A stretch of 64,000 nt of DNA from a virus (taxonomy: Duplodnaviria > Caudoviricetes): positions 22,006 through 86,005 of IMG/VR virus record IMGVR_UViG_3300020049_016712; one strand, written 5' to 3'. The notes under the pieces are model-generated. The model had not been told where the DNA came from. It worked only from the letters and a program-made list of their open reading frames with translations, and did not search any database. Below are positions 1 to 9,120 of the stretch, one piece after another. The position numbers and the translations under genes are program-made. Every line of letters starts with the position of its first letter. The stretch's first letter is position 1.

Positions 1-411
1 TTTCGCAGTTTCCAGGATGACCTCGAACTCGTCGAGATCGCATATCGCCAGATCGTTGCTGACGGCCGCCAGGATGGCCTCGTGATGCTCGGTCCATCCA
101 TTCCACGAAAACTCTCTGCCGCACGGCCTGGCAGCGTTGTGCAAAGCCAAACGAAGAGACCATTGTATCGGAATCCGATTGCTGGAATCTCCAACCAGGG
201 ACACAAACTTGGCTCTGAATTCCAGGTCTTGAGTATTCCTCTCTTCAAGAAGTTCGGCAGCATCGCACCAAGCGCAATCAGGCATGCTTTTCAGCACCGC
301 AAAGGAATACCGCATTCCGCACATGGAATACTTTGTTCCAGTCCCAAGATGCGGCCAGGCAATATGCCGGACGTGGTAAGTGTAAATATGTGCAGGAATA
401 GCCATCGCCAT
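1..411 (-). CDS. Hypothetical protein, truncated at the window edge (not in ORF track)
   Basis: Manual translation from ATG 411 is open to base 1: MAMAIPAHIYTYHVRHIAW...DLDEFEVILETAK. The end resembles the shared ELAK-type C-terminal tail. Confidence 0.55.
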   Translation of the reverse strand, partial: MAMAIPAHIYTYHVRHIAWPHLGTGTKYSMCGMRYSFAVLKSMPDCAWCDAAELLEERNTQDLEFRAKFVSLVGDSSNRIPIQWSLRLALHNAARPCGREFSWNGWTEHHEAILAAVSNDLAICDLDEFEVILETAK

Positions 412-416
412 AACGC

Positions 417-435
417 AAAAAAGGGCCGAAGCCCT
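417..435 (-). terminator. Rho-independent terminator
   Basis: Minus strand AGGGC-TTCG-GCCCT followed by a T tract, right after the stop of ORF 434..664. Confidence 0.8.
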
Positions 436-664
436 ATCCTGCCTTCTCGGTGCGCCGCACCCAGTTATTCCAGTATGTGTCGGACATGAATTTGCCCCGG
501 AACGACAACTCGGCGAGGTCGTCAACGAAATCCTCGAGTTCGTCATCGTCCAACACGATGGCCCGGTGACCATCGGTGGCAACGTGCACCGTGCTCTGGA
601 TGAAGTGGCCGAGCGTGGGCGTGGCCTTCTTCATTTGGATCTCTTCGATGAAAATTTGCTTCAC
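434..664 (-). CDS. Hypothetical protein (76 aa)
   Basis: GTG start preceded by the conserved leader GGAACGGAGCAAACGGAA; followed by a terminator. Confidence 0.7.
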   Translation of the reverse strand: MKQIFIEEIQMKKATPTLGHFIQSTVHVATDGHRAIVLDDDELEDFVDDLAELSFRGKFMSDTYWNNWVRRTEKAG

Positions 665-692
665 TTCCGTTTGCTCCGTTCCTGAAAGTGCA

Positions 693-708
693 GGGCCCCG
701 AAGGGCCC
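693..708 (-). other. GC hairpin with UUCG loop (processing, stability or pause site)
   Basis: GGGCCC-TTCG-GGGCCC between two small ORFs; no U tract. Confidence 0.5.
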
Positions 709-715
709 CGGTTGT

Positions 716-871
716 TTATTCCCGTCCGGGAAGTCCGGCCAGGGTGCGGCAGATAATCATCTGCGATTTGGCCGTGCGGCTCAGGTTGTGCCGCGATTTG
801 TGCAGGCGCCCGATATAAAAACTCGAGTCGCGCAGGTTTTCGGTTAGGGTCCAAGGCTTCAGGTTCGTCAT
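716..871 (-). CDS. Small hypothetical protein (51 aa, below ORF-track cutoff)
   Basis: MTNLKPWTLTENLRDSSFYIGRLHKSRHNLSRTAKSQMIICRTLAGLPGRE; SD in AACGGAGCGGAAAACG-ATG; directly downstream of the promoter at 903..931. Confidence 0.65.
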   Translation of the reverse strand: MTNLKPWTLTENLRDSSFYIGRLHKSRHNLSRTAKSQMIICRTLAGLPGRE

Positions 872-902
872 CGTTTTCCGCTCCGTTTCTTTCGATAAAC
901 CA

Positions 903-931
903 AGTATATGACATTAGTTAACGGTTGTCAA
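903..931 (-). promoter_or_regulatory. Sigma70 promoter with embedded GTTAAC box (copy 1)
   Basis: TTGACA-ACCGTTAACTAATGTCA (17 nt)-TATACT. Confidence 0.85.
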
Positions 932-949
932 TAGGGTCCCACAGGTTGG

Positions 950-1264
950 TTATCGGGCGCGTTCGCAGTAGTCGACCAGGACCATGTATTCCCAATCCGA
1001 CAGCTCTCGAATGCTTGGAGGAACGGTTCGGCGAGAGTCGATTCCCGTCAGGGCCGCGCAACCGGACTCGAACTCAAACCGCTTGCTGAACTCGGTCAGG
1101 TCTTGCGGGCTGATCTTGTCGAAAACGTCCTTTTGGGTCGCCGCGATGGCCGCGTAATAGCGCACCAGATCGCGGCGCGCTACCGAATGCGGCTTCTCGT
1201 CTTCCGGGCAGCGCGCTTCGATTTCTTTGAGCAACTCAGGCCAGGCCTGAAAGGAGATAATCAT
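950..1264 (-). CDS. Hypothetical protein (104 aa)
   Basis: Start revised to ATG 1264 (ATGA overlap with the VWA gene stop): MIISFQAWPELLKEIE... Confidence 0.65.
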   Translation of the reverse strand: MIISFQAWPELLKEIEARCPEDEKPHSVARRDLVRYYAAIAATQKDVFDKISPQDLTEFSKRFEFESGCAALTGIDSRRTVPPSIRELSDWEYMVLVDYCERAR

Positions 1265-2694
1265 CGTTTCGCCTCCGCTTTCACGTTGACCACGGCCGCC
1301 CATTTGGGCACGTCTCCACCTTCGCCGCGCACGTTGTCGATACGCGCAATCACAGTCGGAATCGGGAACGACGTTGGCCATGGAGTGTAGCAATCCGACA
1401 GGCAGATAACGACTTGCGGGCGTGGCGTCAGTTTCAGGGCCGCGTCGAAGCCGATACGCATGTCCGTTCCTCCACCACCGTGCAACTCGAAACTCCCGAT
1501 GTCTCGAATGCGCTTGGCGTTGTGCAAATCGGCGTCAACCTCCAAAAGCCAGGCAGAATCGACTCCGCCAGTTTTGAGGATGCCGCGCACCTCGGCCATA
1601 GCCTGGCCCAACAGGTCCTGGCTCATCGACCCGGACGTATCCAGGATGATCGCGATCTCCAGGTTGGGAGCCACCATGGAGGGCATGACGACTCGCGGAA
1701 TACGCCGCCGCCCCGGTCTCGAGTAGGAGTAATCCTCAACACCGACACGACGGCCAGCCGCGCGCACCATTGCCCGGAACTGCTTGCGCCAATCCACCTG
1801 CGGGCAGAACCGATCCTCGGCCCATCGGGTCCAATGTCCAGGGATATTGCCGCGCTTTTTCGAGGCCTCGTAAATCTCTTTGGCCACGTTATGGCGAATG
1901 GATTCCAGGTCGGCCTCGTCAACCCCAGGCGTGTCGCAGTCGTCGGGACCCGGCAACTCCCACTCACCAGGGCTGCCAGCACAACTACCACACTGCCCGT
2001 GGCCGACTCCAGAGGGGTCGCAATCGCAAGTTTCCTGGCCTCCGTGACCGTGGTCGTGGTTGCCATCGCATTTGCCACCCCCGCAACCTCCGCCCTGAGA
2101 CTCATTGCTTTGGTTGCCAGCACCCGACGAACCCGACTCGTCAGCACTCGAGGAACCGTTCGTGTCTGTTTGGTTGCCAGATTTTTTACTTTTGCCCTTT
2201 CCGCCTTTCCCTTTCCCGCTTTGACCCTGGCCGCTCCCCGGTTCGGGTTTGGGCCTGCCGCAATTGCCGCAGACGCGTTGCACCTTGATTTTGTGGTAAT
2301 ACTCCTCGGCCAACCGGTGATCAGGCTCTCCGATTTGCTCGGGCAGGAGCATTTCCGGCAACGAAAGGCCCTCAGATTTCAGGTCGTCGTTGATCTCCAT
2401 GTCCGAGGCGATGTTGTACCTCAACGGTTCGGCGCGCATCGCCTCGGCTCGACGGTTGTGGTCGCGCAAAACGTGGAACACCTCGTGATAGAGCATGATC
2501 GCCAGTCGTTGCGTGTCCTCTTTCTCGACGAGGACGGGATTGTAATAGAGTCGAGCCCACTTATCGACGGCCATGGTCGGACACGATTTGGACTCGACCG
2601 GCTGGAGCGCCCAAACCGCCGTTGCCAGGTAGGGCCGTTGATGCGCCAGGGCCCGCCGAGCGGCTTGCAGTTGGAGAGGAACTTTAGCGGCCAC
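1261..2694 (-). CDS. Metallopeptidase-like (DUF2201-type) plus VWA domain protein
   Basis: HEVFH (HExxH) in the N-terminal domain; MIDAS ILDTSGSM, GGGTD and LSD in the C-terminal domain; Gly/Ser/Cys/His-rich linker. Confidence 0.85.
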   Translation of the reverse strand: MAAKVPLQLQAARRALAHQRPYLATAVWALQPVESKSCPTMAVDKWARLYYNPVLVEKEDTQRLAIMLYHEVFHVLRDHNRRAEAMRAEPLRYNIASDMEINDDLKSEGLSLPEMLLPEQIGEPDHRLAEEYYHKIKVQRVCGNCGRPKPEPGSGQGQSGKGKGGKGKSKKSGNQTDTNGSSSADESGSSGAGNQSNESQGGGCGGGKCDGNHDHGHGGQETCDCDPSGVGHGQCGSCAGSPGEWELPGPDDCDTPGVDEADLESIRHNVAKEIYEASKKRGNIPGHWTRWAEDRFCPQVDWRKQFRAMVRAAGRRVGVEDYSYSRPGRRRIPRVVMPSMVAPNLEIAIILDTSGSMSQDLLGQAMAEVRGILKTGGVDSAWLLEVDADLHNAKRIRDIGSFELHGGGGTDMRIGFDAALKLTPRPQVVICLSDCYTPWPTSFPIPTVIARIDNVRGEGGDVPKWAAVVNVKAEAKR

Positions 2695-3805
2695 TGAGGC
2701 TCACCTCCTTCGCTGCTTTGATGATCGGCGAGAACCGCTGAATTTCTTTGGTCTTGATGGGCAAATGCGGGTGTTGCGCGAAGGCCCCAGCCAGGTTCTG
2801 CGCAACGGCCGCACTGGTATCGAGCGCACCCTTCTCGGCGGCCATCGTCAAAATGGTCCAGGCCGCAGACCATCTCTCGGGAGTGAGATTGCTCAGAGCC
2901 GCCTGCACGACCGAGGTCAGCACAACATAACGGTGGTCGCCGCGCTCGGGCAGCTTGAATTTGCTCGGGTCGTTCAGGAGGTCTTCCGGGTTCGGCAAGT
3001 CAAGCTCCTTAACCCAGGTGCGGAACTCGAGACCAGGCCCGGCTCCAACGGAGCCTTCAGCCAATTCCAGGAGCGCCTTTTCCCGCTCCGCTTTGGGCAG
3101 GCTGCAGGACTTTCCGGCGGCCCACAACTTGCTGAGCATCTCCCAGGAACGCGGCGACGGCCAGGCTTTCCCGGCTTCGTCGGCGCTATCGGGCACCTTG
3201 ATCTGAAGCCCAGGTCGCGTCCGCACGAAACCGGCTACGAGAATGCGGGCCTCCGTCAAACCATCCCTCCAGCTCGGAGAGAGTTTGGCAGCGCGAGCAG
3301 TCGGCCAGTGTCCAGACTCCATCCCGTTAGCCCATGCCTCCAACTCGGGTTCGCAGGTCAGGTGCAGGAACCGATTAGCCAACGGGGGAGAAAGCTCCCA
3401 GCCTCCAGCCGCTTGGTCAGGCGGATTGGCGGCTGCGATAATCCGCAACGACTCAGGCAACTCGAGGTCGCCAACAACGCGGTCAAACACCACCCTGAGC
3501 AGTGCTGCTTGCACCGCCGGCGGCGCGGTCGAAATCTCGTCGAGGAACAGGAGCGGAGCCGAAGACTCGGCCAACGATTTGGCCCACTGCGGCGGTGCGA
3601 ACGATACGCTATTGTTGTCTCCGACAACCGGCAGGCCGGAGAAATCCGATGGTTCGCGAATGCTCGCGATTACGGTCTCCAGTTTCATCGAGAAATCGAT
3701 GGCCAGCTGTTTAATGGCCGAGGTCTTCCCGATGCCTGGCTCCCCCCAGAGGATGACCGGAACTCCCGCCTGAACAGCGATGCTAAGGGCGTTGATACAC
3801 TTCAT
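2684..3805 (-). CDS. MoxR-like AAA+ ATPase
   Basis: Walker A GEPGIGKT, Walker B LFLDE, AANP sensor 1, LANRF arginine finger; overlaps the VWA gene. Confidence 0.9.
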   Translation of the reverse strand: MKCINALSIAVQAGVPVILWGEPGIGKTSAIKQLAIDFSMKLETVIASIREPSDFSGLPVVGDNNSVSFAPPQWAKSLAESSAPLLFLDEISTAPPAVQAALLRVVFDRVVGDLELPESLRIIAAANPPDQAAGGWELSPPLANRFLHLTCEPELEAWANGMESGHWPTARAAKLSPSWRDGLTEARILVAGFVRTRPGLQIKVPDSADEAGKAWPSPRSWEMLSKLWAAGKSCSLPKAEREKALLELAEGSVGAGPGLEFRTWVKELDLPNPEDLLNDPSKFKLPERGDHRYVVLTSVVQAALSNLTPERWSAAWTILTMAAEKGALDTSAAVAQNLAGAFAQHPHLPIKTKEIQRFSPIIKAAKEVSLSGR

Positions 3806-3911
3806 TTCGTTTACTCCTTCAATGACCGATAAATTCGGTTCTGAAGGACGGTTTCAACAGATCCTCGAGACCTCCTTCTAAACTTCTAGAAAACTTTCTA
3901 AAAACTTATAA

Positions 3912-3940
3912 TTGACAATCGTTAACGGAACTGGGATAAT
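3912..3940 (+). promoter_or_regulatory. Sigma70 promoter with embedded GTTAAC box (copy 2)
   Basis: TTGACA-ATCGTTAACGGAACTGG (17 nt)-GATAAT, with an AT-rich UP-like tract at about 3875..3910. Confidence 0.8.
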
Positions 3941-3972
3941 CTGGTCAGTAATTCATGGGAGCAAACAAGCGA

Positions 3973-4275
3973 ATGAGCAGTAGAGAAACCGTGCCCGAGA
4001 AGGCGAAGCGCCTGACCGAGTCGTTCCGGGTCTTGATTTTGGTCGACAAGCGTGATCCGCTAGAAATAGATGCCGAGGTAATTGGAGACCACGATTCCTA
4101 CACGGTGCGATTCCGGCCCCATGGCCTGTTCTGCCAGTGCACATGGTTTCGGCTAAGGGGCCACGTGAAGCCGTGTAGCCATATTCTAGCCGTTCGCAGG
4201 GCTCTGGATTACCCTGAGTCGCAGAAGCCGGTTAGAAGGCTTGTGGAACGCCTTAGAGGGGCTCAGAAACGATGA
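3973..4275 (+). CDS. SWIM zinc-finger protein
   Basis: FCQC-x10-PCSHILAV matches SWIM CxC...CxH; SD in GGAGCAAACAAGCGA-ATG supports the start at 3973. Confidence 0.8.
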   Translation: MSSRETVPEKAKRLTESFRVLILVDKRDPLEIDAEVIGDHDSYTVRFRPHGLFCQCTWFRLRGHVKPCSHILAVRRALDYPESQKPVRRLVERLRGAQKR

Positions 4276-4283
4276 GTAGCGGA

Positions 4284-4568
4284 CTAAGGAAAATGAACGC
4301 CGTGGCCGTCGCCGAAAAGTTTCCGGTGAATTGCTTCCGCGCTCCCCAGTTCATCGGGCTTGGAACCTTCGATTTTCCACGACTCAACATCGCGATCAGG
4401 GCTCAGATCGCCGAAGTCTTCAGGCAACGAAAAACGACCTCGAGGCCAGATGCGCTCCAATTCGCGCATGGTCAACTCGAGGCTATCAGGGAACGGTTCC
4501 GGCCGCCTGGTATTTCCGACCTGTTTGGCGAACTCGTAGAAAAACGCTTCGATGCCTTTCTCGGCCAC
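4284..4568 (-). CDS. Hypothetical protein (94 aa)
   Basis: Last ORF of the lysis-side run; no recognisable motif. Confidence 0.55.
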   Translation of the reverse strand: MAEKGIEAFFYEFAKQVGNTRRPEPFPDSLELTMRELERIWPRGRFSLPEDFGDLSPDRDVESWKIEGSKPDELGSAEAIHRKLFGDGHGVHFP

Positions 4569-4588
4569 GATGGACCAGAGAAAGGCGC

Positions 4589-4888
4589 TTAGTCGTTTCC
4601 CGGTTTATGACCGTTGGCCCAATCCACGATGAGGTCAATCAGGAAGGGGAACAGGAGAGAGGCAACGGACTTGGACCAGGCCGGCAACTCGATGCCTCCG
4701 GGCTGGTCAAAACTGGCCATCAGGTCGGCCATGACCGCCGCCTTCTTGGCGCTTCCCTTTCCACCACCTTTGACCTCCTCCTCGTGGATGGTCACCAGTG
4801 CCATGATGGTCGCGATGATTGCCGACAGGTCGTTCGTCAGTTGTTGTTTTACGCCTAGATGTTCCAGGATCCAGCTAAAGAATTTCAT
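4589..4888 (-). CDS. Putative holin or small membrane lysis protein
   Basis: 99 aa with hydrophobic stretches (LSAIIATIMALV; ASLLFPFLIDLIV), downstream of the endolysin. Confidence 0.5.
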   Translation of the reverse strand: MKFFSWILEHLGVKQQLTNDLSAIIATIMALVTIHEEEVKGGGKGSAKKAAVMADLMASFDQPGGIELPAWSKSVASLLFPFLIDLIVDWANGHKPGND

Positions 4889-5117
4889 TTTTTCTTCTTG
4901 TCCTTTCTTTTCCGATGCCCGACTTTTCCAACTCGAGCATCCTAACTCTAGATTCGAGATCTTGAAATTTTTCCTCTAATTCGAGTCGCGAACGTTCCCG
5001 CGCCGAAGCCACCAGGAGCATGCGAGCCACAGTTTCGCGCGAAACGCGGTCAGGCCATTCCATTAGCCATTTTGCCACTTCCTCATAATCGGTAGGCCCG
5101 ATGCCCTCTAGATTCAA
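4875..5117 (-). CDS. Hypothetical protein (80 aa) in the lysis cassette
   Basis: Overlaps both neighbours; C-terminal coiled-coil character. Confidence 0.6.
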   Translation of the reverse strand: MNLEGIGPTDYEEVAKWLMEWPDRVSRETVARMLLVASARERSRLELEEKFQDLESRVRMLELEKSGIGKERTRRKNEIL

Positions 5118-6235
5118 TCCACCATAACGCCCCAGCCATTACCCGGAGCGAACCTCCCGTCGGGATACACTTCGAATCGACGTTGAAAATTCTTCCTTGA
5201 GTATAGCCGAGATTTTCCATTGCCGTGAAGGTAGGTGCCCGTAATGAGGTTCATTTCCCCCCAAGGGTCGTTGACGATGAAATAATCAGAATCTTCCTTT
5301 CCGGTGCGGCCGCAAACCGTCATGTAATGGCCTCCTCCGCTCGGTCTTTCGATGGGTCCATGATGCAGGAGTCCGCATACCACTGGGATTTTCCGCTCCA
5401 GTTGCTTGTCGATGTCTGCAATGCTCAAGTCTTGGCGGAACCGCGCATCCACCTTGAAGTATTTTAGAGTCTCGATTTGAGCTTTGGCCTCGGTTGTGTC
5501 CCAGTTCTCCCCCCGTGCCCTACCGAGTTGACGAAGCCGCGTGTAATAGGCGTCGTCTGCGTTCGGGTCTGGTCCCAGAGTGTTCGGCTTGAGAAAGGCC
5601 AGGAGCATCGAGCACGAGCTTGAAAAACACATCCGGTCAGCCTGGCCAGGAAGCCTCGAGTCGCGTTGCGAGTAATAGGGAACGTCCAGTTCGATTCGCT
5701 CGGGATAAACCGCGCTGACCGGCTTCTGAGGGACTGGCGGTGCCGGTTGGACAGACTGTTTTGCCAATTCGCGCAAACCCAGATTCCAGGCATGGCCTTC
5801 GGCTTCGCGGCGCCTGCGCAACCCCTCCTCGGCTGGAGTGAACGGATTGCGGTAAAGCAACAGGGCTTCGGGGACGTGATCCCATTCCTTGTTTTTGAGT
5901 CGCCGCGTGATCGTCGAGAAATCTGGATTGCCGTAAAACGCAGGTCCGAGATTGTAGGCGAACGACTCCAATGCGCCCTTCATGTAATCGTGCATTTCCG
6001 ACCAATGCGGAATTTTCTCGAGATAGGGACGAATTCGCGTATCGACGAACCAGATCAACTCCTTTTCCGCCTTCTGTTTGTTGAGAATATCGCCAGGCCG
6101 AACTTTCTGCCCGGTATGGTATCGCGTCGTCCCGTATCCAATCGTGGGAACGCTCCACCCATGAATCGGATCAGGATACGCCTTTTCGCGATACCCCTCG
6201 AAGTCTTTGATTAGCCTGAGTCCTGGACCGGTCAT
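5114..6235 (-). CDS. Endolysin: GH24 lysozyme plus C39-like cysteine peptidase
   Basis: FEGYREKAYPD...TIGYGT (E-x8-D...T triad); VPYYSQRD, CFSSSCSMLL, GHY and NDPWG of the C39-like family. Confidence 0.9.
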   Translation of the reverse strand: MTGPGLRLIKDFEGYREKAYPDPIHGWSVPTIGYGTTRYHTGQKVRPGDILNKQKAEKELIWFVDTRIRPYLEKIPHWSEMHDYMKGALESFAYNLGPAFYGNPDFSTITRRLKNKEWDHVPEALLLYRNPFTPAEEGLRRRREAEGHAWNLGLRELAKQSVQPAPPVPQKPVSAVYPERIELDVPYYSQRDSRLPGQADRMCFSSSCSMLLAFLKPNTLGPDPNADDAYYTRLRQLGRARGENWDTTEAKAQIETLKYFKVDARFRQDLSIADIDKQLERKIPVVCGLLHHGPIERPSGGGHYMTVCGRTGKEDSDYFIVNDPWGEMNLITGTYLHGNGKSRLYSRKNFQRRFEVYPDGRFAPGNGWGVMVD

Positions 6236-6244
6236 GATAATCTC

Positions 6245-6754
6245 CTATTCATCCTCTTCTGCGTCAACATCATCGCCTTCAGACAGTAACTCATTTAAAT
6301 CCGTATCGTCGACAACTTCGCGCTCTTTACAGGTGGATCGCCAGCACCCGAGTGCGCGGATCCTCTCGATGCGTTCCAACAGGTCCACCGTCTCTTCTTC
6401 GGCCTCCTCCAATCGTTTTTCGAGATCCTTAACCCGCTCGCGCAGGCGATCTACCTCGATGTCGGCGGTCGACTTGTCGCGGTCGAGAACGTGCATTTGC
6501 TCGCGGAGGGCGTCGATTTCACGGTCTTTCCGCTCGCGCAATTGCTCGTTTTCCTTGTCCCGTTGCTCAATTGCCGCTCGCGCGAGATCGAGACGAGTGA
6601 ACAGTTTGTCGATTCGCTCATCTTGCTTGTCAATCGCGCGGTCGCGATATTTGAGCATGGCGATCCAGTACCCCGAGAGAGCGGTCGCTATCGGGGCGGC
6701 CAACATGGCGACATGGGTGGGGGTGATTGAGGTTATTGCCTCGACTTCAGGCAC
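6245..6754 (-). CDS. Membrane-anchored coiled-coil protein (holin or spanin-like candidate)
   Basis: N-terminal hydrophobic helix VAMLAAPIATALSGYWIAML, then a charged coiled coil; immediately upstream of the endolysin. Confidence 0.55.
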   Translation of the reverse strand: MPEVEAITSITPTHVAMLAAPIATALSGYWIAMLKYRDRAIDKQDERIDKLFTRLDLARAAIEQRDKENEQLRERKDREIDALREQMHVLDRDKSTADIEVDRLRERVKDLEKRLEEAEEETVDLLERIERIRALGCWRSTCKEREVVDDTDLNELLSEGDDVDAEEDE

Positions 6755-7233
6755 TTTTTCTCGAGTTCTCGGATCTGCCGTTCGGCTTCGTCAATCCGAC
6801 TCTTTATTTTTTCCGTCCGCCCTTTTGGGTCGGTTTCTGGTTGCGAAGCCTGCGCGTCGATCGCGATCGCGCAAAGCCTCTTGATTTCACCGGACAGACT
6901 CATGGCTGTAAGCCCTTCTTTCGTTAAGTATAGGTTAGCTCCCTGTAAGCGTGACTGCCGACGGAGACTTTTGTCAGAGGTCAGGACGATGACAGGGAGA
7001 CTAGGAAAATTAGAGCAGACGATAGATAGGGCCTCGGTTGGAGTTAACGAGGGGAAGTGCAGATCGGTAAACACGATGTCGGGGTTGACGTTTGTGGACT
7101 GAATTTGCAGGGGGCTCGAAATTACGGTAACGGCGATCTCGGCTTTGGCGCAGGAATCAACGAACAGGATCGCATCCGAACGGGAATCCTCGATGTACAG
7201 GCAGTGCATGTCGAGTATTTCCCTATCGAGCAT
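6733..7233 (-). CDS. Orphan response-regulator receiver (CheY-like) protein
   Basis: LYIEDS acidic pocket, FTDLHFP phosphoacceptor Asp, VIVLTS Thr, GANLYLTK Lys; short helical C-terminus. Confidence 0.85.
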   Translation of the reverse strand: MLDREILDMHCLYIEDSRSDAILFVDSCAKAEIAVTVISSPLQIQSTNVNPDIVFTDLHFPSLTPTEALSIVCSNFPSLPVIVLTSDKSLRRQSRLQGANLYLTKEGLTAMSLSGEIKRLCAIAIDAQASQPETDPKGRTEKIKSRIDEAERQIRELEKKCLKSRQ

Positions 7234-7285
7234 AATGTGACCTCTTGAATTTTAGTGAGGGGAAACTCTACTCCTGGTTATCAAT

Positions 7286-7657
7286 TTACACCCCTATCCC
7301 CATCTTGCCATCCCTGGCGCCTGCCTGAACACCAACCATCTCGCCCAACCTCACCAGGTCTGCGCCGAGGCGGGAGTCAGCGGGAGGCTTGCGGGTCTGC
7401 TGGGATACGAGCCACAGGACGGCGCGGGTCAGGACCAGGAGGATGCGCTGCGATGGCCATTGCTGCTGGAGGGCGTATTGTGACCTAAGCTCCTCGGCTC
7501 GTGTCTGGAGTTCCGCCCGGTCGGAATCGCTTAATTCACCGTCCGGAACTATACGGATTTCCCGCGCCCCGGTGGATTGATATACCTGTATTTCTGCGCC
7601 CAGGTCGGGCTCGTAGGATTGTGCGAGGGTGGTTTCGATTTGGCGGCTTTCAGCCAT
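7286..7657 (-). CDS. Hypothetical protein (123 aa), possible fibre accessory
   Basis: Start revised to ATG 7657 (MAESRQIE), SD GGAG in the upstream gene end. Confidence 0.6.
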   Translation of the reverse strand: MAESRQIETTLAQSYEPDLGAEIQVYQSTGAREIRIVPDGELSDSDRAELQTRAEELRSQYALQQQWPSQRILLVLTRAVLWLVSQQTRKPPADSRLGADLVRLGEMVGVQAGARDGKMGIGV

Positions 7658-7659
7658 AT

Positions 7660-8970
7660 TTAGTCTCCTGTTCGGGTGAGTCTCAAAAGCTGCATAAAGA
7701 TGGTGTAGTTCGAAGAAGAAACGTTTTTGCTGTCGGCGGCCAGCCGCAGGGTGTGCAGGCCGGATTCGCCGACGGTGAAGGCGATTGTGCTGCGCTGATT
7801 GTAGGCTGTAGAGGCCGCGTAAAAGTCGGCCTGCCCCTGGTCTACGCCGTCGAGCAATAGATGGGCTATCCCGCTCGAGCCAGCCTTGATATGGAGGATT
7901 TCTGCGGACCAAGAGCCGGCAGACAGATCTACCTCCCACTCCAAGTAATTATGTAGTGCTATCCCGTTATAAAAGTAACCATAAAAAATGGCTGAAGCAG
8001 TAGCTTGCCAGGCCGGGGCGGAGGCATCGTCGGCCATCCACGGGTAAAGCTCGAGCGTCTCCCGCCCACGAATTGCGGGGGAATTGGCGGCGGAGGTGCG
8101 GACGAATTGCATCCAGTTGACCGGAATATAATAATCTGTTGCCAAGGCATTCTTCGTTGTGCTGGTTGCGGTTAGGGTGTAAAGCCCTGAGACAGGGACG
8201 GTCACTCCTGCAATCGAGAAGAAGGAGTTATTAGCATTAGGCGAAGCGTAGCAATCAATCGACCCAACCGCGCCGATTCCACCGTCAAGAGAGAAGTCTA
8301 TGATCCCTCCATTGCTGGCCGCAGTTGCCACGATTTGCAGGGTGTGTGTGCCGGCTGCGAGCCACACTTTCCAACTCCAGGTCCACCCCGGAAGGTTGCC
8401 AGCGGCCGTGTGGACTCGCGAGCCCCACATATAACTAGTCGCCAGAGTGGTGGTGATCGAAGTGCCGCTAGTAGCAGACCACAAATAAGGCGGCACGTCC
8501 ACCACGCCCGGCAAGTCGGCGTCGGTGCGGACGAAGATTGGGGTGGTATAGGTCACCTCAATCTGCTGCAAATACACTGCTGTTGACGATCCAACGGACT
8601 CCAGACGCAACGTTGTTGGGCCTGGAGTGTCGACCGAAAAACTGGCTGTAATTACCTGATTAACCGTTGTGGAGGCAGAATAGAGGCTGACAGTCGCCTT
8701 CGTGACCCCGTCAACCTTGATCGCCCAGTCCCCGTCTCCTGAATGGGTGGTGCAGAGTATTTTCACCGTGGCGGTGCCTGTGGTTGGCTCAATATCCCAT
8801 TCGAGGTAGGAGCCTAACACCACGCTGGCCGAGCCTATACGTGATCCCAGGATGGATGTGGCGCCAGCGAATAAGCTCAGAGAGAGATTTGTGGCCGTCG
8901 CCAATTGCGGCCACAGCACCTGCCTCGATGCCATCAGCGCCCGCCGCCGGCTACTCTGCACCAATGGCAT
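7660..8970 (-). CDS. Putative receptor-binding or tail-fibre protein with three CBM-like beta-sandwich repeats
   Basis: Three repeats of the type YLEW(D/E)..., (V/L)DG, GxHTL; rich in Ser/Thr/Ala/Gly; SD GGAGGAGG. Confidence 0.6.
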   Translation of the reverse strand: MPLVQSSRRRALMASRQVLWPQLATATNLSLSLFAGATSILGSRIGSASVVLGSYLEWDIEPTTGTATVKILCTTHSGDGDWAIKVDGVTKATVSLYSASTTVNQVITASFSVDTPGPTTLRLESVGSSTAVYLQQIEVTYTTPIFVRTDADLPGVVDVPPYLWSATSGTSITTTLATSYMWGSRVHTAAGNLPGWTWSWKVWLAAGTHTLQIVATAASNGGIIDFSLDGGIGAVGSIDCYASPNANNSFFSIAGVTVPVSGLYTLTATSTTKNALATDYYIPVNWMQFVRTSAANSPAIRGRETLELYPWMADDASAPAWQATASAIFYGYFYNGIALHNYLEWEVDLSAGSWSAEILHIKAGSSGIAHLLLDGVDQGQADFYAASTAYNQRSTIAFTVGESGLHTLRLAADSKNVSSSNYTIFMQLLRLTRTGD

Positions 8971-9120
8971 GGCGCACCTCCTCCGGGTCGCAGACTATAA
9001 CTTTCCCACCTCGATCAATCAGGTGCACGTATCCGTATTCACCGAGAAACGAATACGTGTAGGGCTCACCTCGATATGATACTTGCTCGCCCGGAAAAAG
9101 GTCGTAGATTTGCTCAATCG

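Noticed and set aside
543-914. 123-aa minus-strand ORF
   Set aside because: Its start lies inside the promoter; the SD and leader support the 51-aa ORF 716..871 and the 76-aa ORF instead.
1414-3832. Long plus-strand ORFs 1414..2697 and 2765..3832
   Set aside because: Antisense shadows of the VWA and MoxR genes; no motifs or SD.
3870-3910. Short CTT(T)CTA repeats as replication iterons
   Set aside because: Irregular, very short, and better explained as an AT-rich UP element of the adjacent promoter.
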